Positions 21,153 to 30,413 of a stretch of DNA of 64,000 nucleotides are shown in pieces (the first letter of the stretch is position 1; each line of letters opens with the position of its first letter). The position numbers were made by a program, and so were the translations under genes. Location of the stretch: the NCBI GenBank assembly GCA_012839865.1, contig DUMO01000051.1:1-64000 (forward strand), read 5' to 3'. The notes under the pieces are model-generated. The model did not search any database and was not told the origin of the DNA. It saw only the letters and a list, made by a program, of their open reading frames with translations. Origin of the DNA: Clostridiaceae bacterium (GTDB lineage: Bacteria > Bacillota > Clostridia > CAYPLH01 > DUMO01).

Positions 21153-22622
21153 TCATTGATTTTGAATGGCTTCCTCGAGCAGGGAGATACCTTTTTCTAT
21201 CCTGTACAGAGTCTCCTTCTTGCCTAAAATATCGGCAATTTCAATGGCACCGCCCGGGGACACCGGTTTTCCTGAAACAGCTGTACGTATAGGCCACAGC
21301 ATTTGACCATTTTTAATTCCCATTTTGCCCACAAGGGCTATAAGTGCATCATGAATAGCCTGCTCTTTCCAGTCATTCAACTCCCGGAGGACGGGAAGAG
21401 CCGCTTTAAGGCTTGCAAGGGAATTCTCCAAATTTGTTTTCATTTTATTATGAATATAAATTGATACATCATAATCAGGCAGTTCATCCAGAAAGTCAAT
21501 TTTTTCAGGGATTTGTGAAAGTACATCAACCCTTGCCTGAAGGACTCTGCTAACTTTCAAAAAGTCTATATCAGACCTTTTAATTGCAGCTTCATAATAG
21601 GGAAGGGCAGCCTTGTGGAAGCCCTCCAGTGACATTTTCCGGATATACTCGCCATTCATCCAGTTCAATTTGTCATAATCAAATATGGCGGGGGACTTGC
21701 TGATTCCCTTGATGTCAAAAGCTTTTTCAAGCTCCTCAAGGCTGAAAATTTCCTGATTGGTTCCGGGACTCCAGCCAAGAAGGGCTACATAATTGACAAC
21801 AGCCTCCGGAAGATATCCCATCTCCAGCAAATCCTCAAAGCTTGCATCCCTGGCTCTCTTACTCAGTTTTTGACCGGGCCCCTTTGTAATAAGGGGAAGA
21901 TGAACATATACAGGTATCTCCCAGCCAAATGCCTCGTATAATAGATTGTACTTGGGAACTGAAGTTAAATACTCGCAGCCTCTTACTACATGAGTAATGC
22001 GCATCAGGTGGTCATCCACCACATTTGCAAAGTTATAAGTGGGCAAACCGTCTGATTTGATAAGTATCTGATCCTCAAGCTCTTTATTATCAATTGCGAT
22101 TTTTCCATAAACCACATCATCAAATTCTGTTACTCCTGAATCCGGCATTTTTTGCCTTATTACATAGGGCACGCCTTGCTTTAAGTTTTGCTCAATTTCC
22201 TCTTTGCAAAGATGGAGGCAATGCCTGTCATATTTGTAACCTCTGCCTTCTGATTCGCATTGCTGCTTCAACTCTGCAAGCCTTTCCTTTGAGCAGAAGC
22301 AATAATAAGCTTCACCTTTTTCAATAAGCTGTTTTGCATAAGAAAGATATATGTCTTTTCGCTCACTTTGAACATATGGTCCATAATCTCCGCCAATGTC
22401 AGGACCTTCGTCATGCTTCAGGCCTGCAATTTTCAAGGTACGGTAAATCGTTTCAATGGCACCTTCGACAAATCTTTTCTGATCTGTATCTTCAATCCTT
22501 AATATAAAATTGCCTCCATTGGACCTTGCAATTAAATACTCATACAATGCAGTCCTTAAATTGCCGATATGCATATAACCTGTAGGGCTTGGCGCATATC
22601 TTGTTCGAACCTGGGTAGCCAT
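21153..22622 (-). CDS. gltX: Glutamate--tRNA ligase
   Basis: [22 protein letters not shown] after AAGGAGG. Confidence 0.96.
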   Translation of the reverse strand: MATQVRTRYAPSPTGYMHIGNLRTALYEYLIARSNGGNFILRIEDTDQKRFVEGAIETIYRTLKIAGLKHDEGPDIGGDYGPYVQSERKDIYLSYAKQLIEKGEAYYCFCSKERLAELKQQCESEGRGYKYDRHCLHLCKEEIEQNLKQGVPYVIRQKMPDSGVTEFDDVVYGKIAIDNKELEDQILIKSDGLPTYNFANVVDDHLMRITHVVRGCEYLTSVPKYNLLYEAFGWEIPVYVHLPLITKGPGQKLSKRARDASFEDLLEMGYLPEAVVNYVALLGWSPGTNQEIFSLEELEKAFDIKGISKSPAIFDYDKLNWMNGEYIRKMSLEGFHKAALPYYEAAIKRSDIDFLKVSRVLQARVDVLSQIPEKIDFLDELPDYDVSIYIHNKMKTNLENSLASLKAALPVLRELNDWKEQAIHDALIALVGKMGIKNGQMLWPIRTAVSGKPVSPGGAIEIADILGKKETLYRIEKGISLLEEAIQNQ

Positions 22623-22938
22623 GTAATTTTTCCTCCTTATATATGGATACAACCTTTCGTTTTTTGAATGAAAGGTTGTGGGGTTCAGGCAAATAAAGCA
22701 TTTATCGGAAAATATATTTCCCGAAAATGTAAGTTGATTATATTACTTTGAGCCTCTGATGTCAAGGTGAACAGCAGTATCAGGGATCAGCCTGCTCGAT
22801 AATTGTTATTGTTAAGATGCGCTTTCCTATAAACCATACAACAAGAAAACAGACACAAAACTGAATAAATGAAATTCATGCAAGAACAAAATAAAGCTAT
22901 TTGCCATTGTTCGCAATACATTTCATTTATTCTGCTCG

Positions 22939-23640
22939 TTAACTTATGATTAACCGGACAAGGTAAATAATCAGTATAAATAACGGTTGATGCACAAGAT
23001 ACAAAAGAAGAGAATGCCTTCCGGCAGTATTAATAATATTATCACGCTTTATTGAAGGCATCAGGCTCTTTTTATCCTTATAGAGAACCTTGCCCAAAAA
23101 TATGCCAATCATAAAATAGCCAAGATAGGGGATAAGGGGATAGTAATCGGAAGAATAAAATTTGTTGTTGAATAAGCCAAGGGGAGCGAAAAAGTTATGG
23201 CTTACATTTATTTTTGAAACAGGTACTCCCGCAGCTATTATTATAATACCAACCAGAGGTATTAGATTTTTCGGTATTTTATTTATCAGGGGATACAGCA
23301 GAAAACTTGCTCCAAAAAAATGCAGCACACCAAAAACCACTACATACCGGGGATTAAAAATATAGGACATGAGAGTAATCAGCATTGCATAGCCAAATAC
23401 AATCAGTCCTCTTTTTAAATTGCTTCTGCTTAAGGAGCAGCTTATGCCGGCCACGAAAATAAAGATGTAAGCAGCCATCCGGCCTGTCAGATAGTTAAAG
23501 CCGGTAAGATATGAGACATTCAAACCCAGAAATTCATTAAGGTCGAAAATCAGGTGAAAATACATCATTAAAATGACTGCAAGCCCTCTTAAGAAATCAA
23601 GTTCCCATATGCGTTTTTGATATAATTGATCCTTGTTCAT
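22939..23640 (-). CDS. DUF1624 / heparan-alpha-glucosaminide N-acetyltransferase-like membrane protein
   Basis: RIWELDFLRGLAVILM, DYYPLIPY, GRHSLLLYLVHQP. Confidence 0.88.
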   Translation of the reverse strand: MNKDQLYQKRIWELDFLRGLAVILMMYFHLIFDLNEFLGLNVSYLTGFNYLTGRMAAYIFIFVAGISCSLSRSNLKRGLIVFGYAMLITLMSYIFNPRYVVVFGVLHFFGASFLLYPLINKIPKNLIPLVGIIIIAAGVPVSKINVSHNFFAPLGLFNNKFYSSDYYPLIPYLGYFMIGIFLGKVLYKDKKSLMPSIKRDNIINTAGRHSLLLYLVHQPLFILIIYLVRLIIS

Positions 23641-23786
23641 GATCTACCTTCAATATTTGTTTTTATTGTTCTTTATATTTGATTATATCAATTTTTATTT
23701 GACGCCGCCAGTAGTTGCCATCTTCTTGTCCCGGAAAAAGGATGAGTAGTTGGGTTAATGATCAATAAACCGGTTATATGGCATTC

Positions 23787-23943
23787 CTGCTTTTTTACGG
23801 GCTGTCGGTTTTCTTAAAATAAAAGCCTTGTTCTTAGAAAAGCCCGGGGCATCGAGCCCTGCTCACTTTTGGCTGGATTTACTTCGCAAATGGCCCTGTT
23901 CAGTATACATTTCATATATGTCAGGTTACGTCTGAATAGCAGC
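23787..23943. mobile_element. MITE-like dispersed repeat, copy A
   Basis: Aligns by eye with 37735-37890 (same orientation) and 50465-50638 (opposite): GTCGGTTTTCT.AAAATA..AGCCTTGTTC..GAAAAGC.CGGG...GGCTGGATTT...CGCAAAT.GCCCT.TTC...TA.ATTTC. Confidence 0.75.
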
Positions 23944-24057
23944 AGGGTTAGTACGGACAAAGATTGTGTATCCTGACGGCTATGGACTTAATATTGATTT
24001 TTATGCTAAAATTAGACTGTCCATGTTTTTACAAAGCAGCAAAAAAGGAGGGAATTT

Positions 24058-24630
24058 TTGATGGACGTTTACCAGGCAATTTATAAAAGAAGAACAATAA
24101 GAAAATTCAAACAGCAGAAAATTGACAGAAAAGTATTGGAGAAGCTGATTGATGCCGCAAGGTTCGCACCGTCGGGAAATAATTTGCAGCCTGTCAAGTA
24201 CAGGATCGTGGAAGAGCCGGAGGAAGTCGCAAAGGTCTTTGAACAGGTAAAGTGGGCAGGCTACATTGCACCCGAGGGAAATCCCAAAAAAGGTGAGGAA
24301 CCTGTTGCTTTTATTATGGTATTGGCTGATACCAATATAAGAAAAGCCGGATATGAGCTCGACGTAGGAGCTGCAGTGCAAAACTTGCTGCTTTCGGCTG
24401 TTGAGGAAGGTATCGGTACCTGCTGGATAGGTTCGGTAAACAGGGATAATGTCCGAAATATACTGAACATCCCGGAAAACCTTGTAATAAGCACAGCCAT
24501 AGCTTTGGGATACCCTGCAGAAGAACCGGTATCAGAGGAAGAACAGGGATCAATAAAATATTACAAAGATTCAAATGGAGTTCTGCATGTGCCAAAAAGA
24601 GCTCTTCGGGATATTATAATAAATAGTTAG
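24058..24630 (+). CDS. Nitroreductase family protein
   Basis: RRTIRKF, ARFAPSGNNLQP, GIGTCWIG, IALGYP, PKRAL. Confidence 0.93.
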   Translation: MMDVYQAIYKRRTIRKFKQQKIDRKVLEKLIDAARFAPSGNNLQPVKYRIVEEPEEVAKVFEQVKWAGYIAPEGNPKKGEEPVAFIMVLADTNIRKAGYELDVGAAVQNLLLSAVEEGIGTCWIGSVNRDNVRNILNIPENLVISTAIALGYPAEEPVSEEEQGSIKYYKDSNGVLHVPKRALRDIIINS

Positions 24631-24769
24631 TTAACATATAGCAGGCAGTACTCTCCCTCCTTGCTCACAGGAGGCGGGAGTACTTCACGCTGCCCTGCTT
24701 AAGGTAAATATATAGTGAGTAAGGCATAAGCAATGCAAAGCAATATTATTGTTGCAACTCTGGTTTTTG

Positions 24770-25516
24770 TTATCTTATGATTCTCTCAATCAACGTCATT
24801 CGTGTTGCTTTTTCAAGAGAATCATCCAACGGGGATAAAGAAGAAAAATCAGGGTATTTTTCTTTCAGGGCAAGTGTGAGTAAGTGGTCTGCCAATTCAT
24901 GATTTTTGGGGAGCAGGCTTCCATGGGCATAGGAACAGAATACATTCCTGTATCTTGCGCCTTCAAAACCATCCTGCCCGTTGTTGCCAAAACCCTTTAC
25001 CACCCGTCCCAGGGGCTCGACTCCTTCACCCAGGTAAGTGTACCCCGAGTGGTTCTCAAATCCTACTATTTTCCCGTCAAACGTATCACTTTTAAGAAAA
25101 TCGCATTCAAATACGATATCTCCGGTCAAACGTTCCCTGCCTTCAATGGTCCATAAATCAAGGGCTCCAAGAAACTCAATTTCTTTTCCCTCCAGGGTTC
25201 TCAAGTACATTCCAAGCATCTGGTATCCACCGCCAATGCAAAGAAAAACCTTGTTGTTTTCTATGGCAGACCTGATTTCATTGCCTTTTATATCAATAAA
25301 ATCCTTCCGGATTATTTGCTGCTCATATTCCTGACCGCTTCCTAAAACAACAATATCATATTTCTCCGGAACAAAGGGCTCATCCAGGGTCACATTTATT
25401 ATGTTTACAGAAATATTCCTCCACAGGGCGCGTTTGGACAGGGCAATAATATTTCCCCGGTCTCCGTTGTAATTCAATAAGTCAGGGTATAATACACAAA
25501 TATTTAAACTGTACAA
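24770..25516 (-). CDS. gatD: GatD-like type 1 glutamine amidotransferase with the catalytic Cys replaced by Gly
   Basis: YPDLLN..GDRGN, GFENHSG, GNNG.DG.EG, YAHGSLLPKN; LCIGGGYQ where ICGGYQ is expected; downstream of murT. Confidence 0.85.
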   Translation of the reverse strand: MYSLNICVLYPDLLNYNGDRGNIIALSKRALWRNISVNIINVTLDEPFVPEKYDIVVLGSGQEYEQQIIRKDFIDIKGNEIRSAIENNKVFLCIGGGYQMLGMYLRTLEGKEIEFLGALDLWTIEGRERLTGDIVFECDFLKSDTFDGKIVGFENHSGYTYLGEGVEPLGRVVKGFGNNGQDGFEGARYRNVFCSYAHGSLLPKNHELADHLLTLALKEKYPDFSSLSPLDDSLEKATRMTLIERIIR

Positions 25517-25691
25517 TTTTTATTGCCTCCTTTTATGGCACATCAGGACTCAATCAATTTATTTAAACATCCCGGAATTATTCGTATGTCGATCCGGCAA
25601 GACAAAGTTGCAAACGACATTTTCCAACTTACTGAATTTTCGGGGCATGCGAAAGCCCAGGTTGGAAAAACCAGACTGCAATTACAACTTT

Positions 25692-27395
25692 CTATTTCCA
25701 AAACTCCCGAAGGCCGAACTTTTTCCTGAGTATGCTTCTTATATCAAGCATTGCCGAATAATTCGGGAGGATATAGAAGCAGTTTCCGGCATTAGTTTTT
25801 GAAAGCCCGTTGTCCAGCAGCAAGCCATAATCTTTCATAATCGAAATCCTGCCTGGGTCGATGCCGCCATACTTGAGCCTTAATGCCACATCCTCAGCTC
25901 TTGTGCCCGATACATAAAATTTGCTGATTTTGTTTTCAATCTCTGACAGTATTTCGAAATCCACATCCCATAGCCATGAAATGTCCGTACCGTCGGCAAG
26001 TTTATCATTTATTGCAAAAGCAAGCACAAACTCCTTTTCTTCGGATAAAAGAAAGTTCAGGACCTGGTTCAAGCCTGCCGGATTCTTAACAAGAATGACT
26101 TTAATTAATTTATCATCAGCCTTAATGGTTTCCATTCTTCCAAAGCTGCACTCACATTCCGAAAGAGCTGCCACTGTATTCTCCAAAGGAAGGGAAAGGG
26201 CTTGTCCGCAAGCTATGGATGCTAATGCATTATACACATTGTAAAGGCCGGGAAGGTTTATTTTTGCTGTATGCTTTAAAGCTTTCTTTTCATATTTTGT
26301 CATGCCTGTTGATAGTGCTTCCAAACCGGTCCCATTTTCCGGTGAAGACGCATGCATCCCTTGAGTTGTTACTTCAAAATCCATGATTGTATAGGATGCC
26401 TTCATCTCCCTGACATAAGTGCAAACGACTTCTGCAAAAGGTCTTTCAAACCCGCAGTTGTCGCACCTGAACCAGCCAAAATGTTCATAGGTTCGGCTTT
26501 GGTAGGTGAATTTATTATTACAGAATATACAGTACATAGCCCCACCGGTCTCATCCTTTACAGGTTTTTCACCTGTCCTGTTTTTTACTGAAGTTTCACT
26601 GGGTTCATCTTCTACCAGCACTGTACCGGACTTGTTTTTTACAGGTGTTTCACCAGTCTCATCTTCTTTCGATGCTTCACAGGGCTTGCCTTTTACCGTT
26701 GCTTCATCAGACTCATCAATTACCAGTGCTGCCATTTCACCTTTTACCGCCATTTCACCGGTCTTGTCTTTTACCGTTGTCCCATCGCCCTTGTTTATAA
26801 AGCCAGCCAAAGCATTTACATCAAATCCATAGTAAATTTTCCTGCCATCATATACTTTGCCCAGGGAAGCGCACAGAGGATCGTCCCCGTTTAAAACCAG
26901 AATGGTCTTATTAAGGTTTTTGATTCCTTTCTTCACATTGTCAACTATTTTATATATGGACCCGTATCGGTCAAGTTGGTCGTTGAAAAAGTTAGTTACA
27001 ACCAATATGTCCGGCTCAATGAAATTGCTGATTAAAGCAAATGCTGCATCATCTATTTCAAGAACGGCTGTTGAATATGGGCATTTTCCTGACAGGGGAA
27101 CCGACTCTATGAAAGTTGATATAATACCCCCCGGAAGATTTGCGCCGGACCGGTTTGCAATATATTTAATGTTGTTTTTTTGCAGTATTTCCCCGATAGC
27201 TTTCGTTGTTGTGGTCTTTCCGTTTGTACCGGTTACCATGATTATTTTAAATTTTTCAGCAATAATTCCGGCAAACCGGGGATATATTTTCAGGGCAATT
27301 TTCCCGGGCAGGGAAGTGCCGCCACGCTTAAGAAGCCTTAGAATCAGCATTACGGTTTTGCAAATAAACAATGTAATTTTGAACATTAAATTCAT
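25692..27395 (-). CDS. murT: MurT-like lipid II isoglutaminyl synthase subunit (Mur ligase + DUF1727) with insertions
   Basis: GTNGKTTT, SGANL, DQLDRYG, CxxC...CxxC, LPGLYNVYNALA, LVKNPAG, ADGTDISWLWDVDFE; 567 aa. Confidence 0.9.
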   Translation of the reverse strand: MNLMFKITLFICKTVMLILRLLKRGGTSLPGKIALKIYPRFAGIIAEKFKIIMVTGTNGKTTTTKAIGEILQKNNIKYIANRSGANLPGGIISTFIESVPLSGKCPYSTAVLEIDDAAFALISNFIEPDILVVTNFFNDQLDRYGSIYKIVDNVKKGIKNLNKTILVLNGDDPLCASLGKVYDGRKIYYGFDVNALAGFINKGDGTTVKDKTGEMAVKGEMAALVIDESDEATVKGKPCEASKEDETGETPVKNKSGTVLVEDEPSETSVKNRTGEKPVKDETGGAMYCIFCNNKFTYQSRTYEHFGWFRCDNCGFERPFAEVVCTYVREMKASYTIMDFEVTTQGMHASSPENGTGLEALSTGMTKYEKKALKHTAKINLPGLYNVYNALASIACGQALSLPLENTVAALSECECSFGRMETIKADDKLIKVILVKNPAGLNQVLNFLLSEEKEFVLAFAINDKLADGTDISWLWDVDFEILSEIENKISKFYVSGTRAEDVALRLKYGGIDPGRISIMKDYGLLLDNGLSKTNAGNCFYILPNYSAMLDIRSILRKKFGLREFWK

Positions 27396-27535
27396 AATAA
27401 ACTCCTGATGGATAATAAGTTAAACACTCTTTTACTTTCTGGCTTGCAATACATTATAGATTATAGCACAACGAATACCAAACACATACAAGTTTCCTGA
27501 TGGAACAGTGTGTTTTTATGCTTCACAAGGGAAGG

Positions 27536-27808
27536 GCAGGAGGCAATCGGGGGGACTGGAAGAATTGTCCCCATGGTTCCACATGGGAACCGCAGGAGGC
27601 AATCGGGGGAACCGGAAGAATTGTCCCTATGGTTCCACATAGGAACCGCAGGAGGCAATCGGCGGGGGACCGGAAGAATTGTCCCTATGGTTCCACATGG
27701 GAACGGCAGGAGGCAATCAACAGGGGGACCGGGAGAACCGTCCCCATGGTTCCAAACGGGAACCGCAGGAGGCGGCAATCAGCGGGAACCATCCCCATGG
27801 TTCCCCAT
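27536..27808. repeat. Tandem array of 56-59 bp REP-like double-hairpin units (4 full + 1 partial)
   Basis: Unit starts at 27536, 27592, 27648, 27706, 27765; consensus GCAGGAGGCAATC-GGGGAC...GTCCCC-AT-GGTTCC-ACATG-GGAACC. Confidence 0.92.
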
Positions 27809-27841
27809 TTGTGATAGCATTATAATCCATATAAGGAAATT

Positions 27842-27860
27842 GGGACAAGGTACCTGTCCC
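27842..27860. repeat. Single REP-like palindrome
   Basis: GGGACA-AGGTACC-TGTCCC, same GGGAC/GTCCC core as the array. Confidence 0.65.
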
Positions 27861-27962
27861 CCCGGTCCTGTGGAAATAATCAGCGGGGAAGATAAAGACA
27901 ATCCCCGGTTACAGTAAAACCGGAAAAACTCCTCCTGTTTGCGCCTTAGGGGCAAATAACTA

Positions 27963-27991
27963 TTGATGGCGTTTAAAGGTAATGGTACAAT
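27963..27991 (+). promoter_or_regulatory. Sigma-A promoter directly before the murA remnant
   Basis: TTGATG-17 bp-TACAAT with extended TG. Confidence 0.6.
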
Positions 27992-28957
27992 ATGTATACA
28001 TTTAGCTTAAGTGACAATAGACTTACCCATCCGGGTGGATGTGAAATTGGTCCGCGCCCTATAGATCTCCACATTAAGGCGTTCAGAAGTATGGGGGTTA
28101 AGGTTACTGAAGCTATTCATGGCTTTTTGTATTGCGAAGCCGAAAAATTAAAAGGATGTGATATACTACTCAACTATCCCAGTGTCGGTGCAACTGAGAA
28201 CATTATGCTTGCTTCAGTTTTCGCCGAAGGTGAAACAACCATCAGGAACGCAGCTAAAGAGCCTGAAATCAAAGATCTTCAGGATTTTTTGGCGGCAATG
28301 GGTGTTGATATAAAAGGAGCAGGTACAAGTATAATCCGTATTAAAGGCAACAAGAAGAAATTAAACAGGGTTGAACATAAAATTATTCCCGACAGAATTG
28401 TTGCCGGAACTTATTTGATTGCTGCGGCAATAACCGGCGGGGAACTGCTTCTTAAGAACACAATTGCCGAGGACTTGAGTTCGGTTATTCACAACTTAAG
28501 AGATAGTGGGTGTAAAATTTGTTCCACCGACTCTACAATTTATATAAAAGGGCCAACCAGGCCAAGAGCCATCGATACGATAAGAACACATCCTTATCCC
28601 GGATTTCCTACAGATATGCAGGCACAAATGGTAACATACTTGTCTGTGGCAGCAGGAACAAGTATAATGGTGGAAACGGTATTTGAGAACAGATATATGT
28701 ATGTTGAAGAGCTTAACAAAATGGGAGCAAATATAAAATTAGAAGGCAGAGTTGCATTAATCATCGGTGTACCCAAACTGACAGGTGCAAACATCAACGC
28801 CCGGGATTTGAGGGGAGGAGCAGCCCTTGTGCTTGCTGGCCTTTCCGCAGTTGGGACTACAGTAGTAAACGGAGTTCACCACATTGACCGCGGGTATGAG
28901 TCTATTGAAACAACACTAAAAAAAGTCGGGGCAGATATCGAAAGAATACAATCATAA
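27992..28957 (+). pseudogene. murA: 5'-truncated UDP-N-acetylglucosamine 1-carboxyvinyltransferase
   Basis: Homology starts at about THPGGCEIGPRPIDLH (Cys115 loop); GATENIM, PYPGFPTDMQ, DLRGGAAL, IDRGYE intact; no N-terminal MurA sequence seen upstream. Confidence 0.8.
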
Positions 28958-29014
28958 GTAAAATTTATGCAATAACACTTTAAATTTGGTGTTAAGGAGC
29001 AAAATAAAAAACAA

Positions 29015-29833
29015 ATGATGAAGCTGAAAAAGCTGGATAATAATTCGGGAAAAAAAATGGGAAAAACTAAAGCAATCAGGCTGCTGAAGATTTTTATTGT
29101 TTTGATTCTGGCTTTAGGTGTGCTGATTGTTATAGCTTTTTCACCTTTATATGCAATTAAAGAAATAAAAGCATTGGGTTCGTTGAAATATACCGGGGAT
29201 GAGATAATAAGGGCAAGTGGCATAAGATACGGGGATAACGGTTTCCAGGGGATTGGAGCCAACCCTGGCAGCATATTCTCATTGAGAAACACTAATGCTG
29301 AAAAGGCAATTTTGGAAAAGCTCCCTTACATAAAGGACGCAACTGTTAAATTTATAATGCCCGATAAAGTGGAAATACACGTAATTGACAGAGAACCTCA
29401 TATGATGGTATCCTGCCTTGGTGCTTATCTTTTGGTTGATAATGAAAGTTACGTCCTTGAGTCCTTTAAGGAACCTGTTGAAGGATACCCGGTTGTTACC
29501 GGGATAGACTTTTCACGGTATAAACTGGGACAACCCTTGACATGTACAAATCCTGACAGACTCGAAACTGCAGGCAAAGTAATAAATGCAATAATCGAAT
29601 CCGATAAAACCGAAAGATTTAAAATATATGAGCTTGTAAAAAGTCTGGATGTTGAGGATGTAAGGAATATAAGACTGTTTATAAATGGCACTTTGGTGGC
29701 AAACCTTGGTGATATAAAAGATATCGGTTACAAAATAACATTTTTGAAGGAAGCATACTTTACGAGCATCAAAGATACAAAAGGAATACTTGATTTTACT
29801 ATAGGTGGGAATCCTACATTCAGAACCCGATAA
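29015..29833 (+). CDS. ftsQ: Cell division protein FtsQ/DivIB
   Basis: Basic N-tail, single TM, POTRA (LPYIKDATV...PDKVEIHV.DREP), G.LDFT C-terminus; synteny. Confidence 0.88.
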   Translation: MMKLKKLDNNSGKKMGKTKAIRLLKIFIVLILALGVLIVIAFSPLYAIKEIKALGSLKYTGDEIIRASGIRYGDNGFQGIGANPGSIFSLRNTNAEKAILEKLPYIKDATVKFIMPDKVEIHVIDREPHMMVSCLGAYLLVDNESYVLESFKEPVEGYPVVTGIDFSRYKLGQPLTCTNPDRLETAGKVINAIIESDKTERFKIYELVKSLDVEDVRNIRLFINGTLVANLGDIKDIGYKITFLKEAYFTSIKDTKGILDFTIGGNPTFRTR

Positions 29834-29930
29834 AATTTAAACTTGAAGCAAACCGGAATTATTGGTATTTTAACGTATAAAGTTGTATTATTATATTGAA
29901 TACTTGTTTTACTAAAAATTCAAGGAGGGA

Positions 29931-30329
29931 TTGTTCATGCTGCCAATTCTGGGGCTGATAATAGGAATATTAGTCGGTATTTTTATACCTTACAATATAC
30001 CCTATAAATATTCCAATTATGTTGCAATTTCAATACTTGCTGCTCTTGATTCAGTATTTGGTGCAGCAGCAGCAACCCTTCAGAATAAATTCAACATGAA
30101 AGTTTTTATTTCTGGTTTTTTCGGGAATGCAATGCTGGCAGCCGTCCTTGCCTATATTGGCGATAAACTTGGTATACAACTTTATCTTGCAGCCGTCTTT
30201 GCTTTTGGAAACAGACTTTTCTTAAATTTTGCAGTTATTCGAAGATTGTTGTTGAACAAGATTTCAAAAAAAGATAATAAAGATAATATAGACATAGACG
30301 GCATTGATAACAAAATGGATATTTTATAA
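29931..30329 (+). CDS. sbp: Small basic protein (DUF1290)
   Basis: Y.AISILAALDSVFG, FISGFFGN, YLAAVFAFGNRLF.NFAVIRR. Confidence 0.92.
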   Translation: MFMLPILGLIIGILVGIFIPYNIPYKYSNYVAISILAALDSVFGAAAATLQNKFNMKVFISGFFGNAMLAAVLAYIGDKLGIQLYLAAVFAFGNRLFLNFAVIRRLLLNKISKKDNKDNIDIDGIDNKMDIL

Positions 30330-30413
30330 AGGCATTTTTTCAATGAATGTCCGCATACCGGGCATATTGAATTTGAGTGTCAATAATCGAAGCAGCCAAC
30401 AGGGGGTATTTTA

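Noticed and set aside
27536..27808. CRISPR array
   Set aside because: Units are near-identical along their whole length with no unique spacers, and there are no cas genes
27461..27917. Three overlapping ORFs across the tandem array
   Set aside because: They are open only because the GC-rich unit lacks stop codons; the repeated peptides shift frame between units
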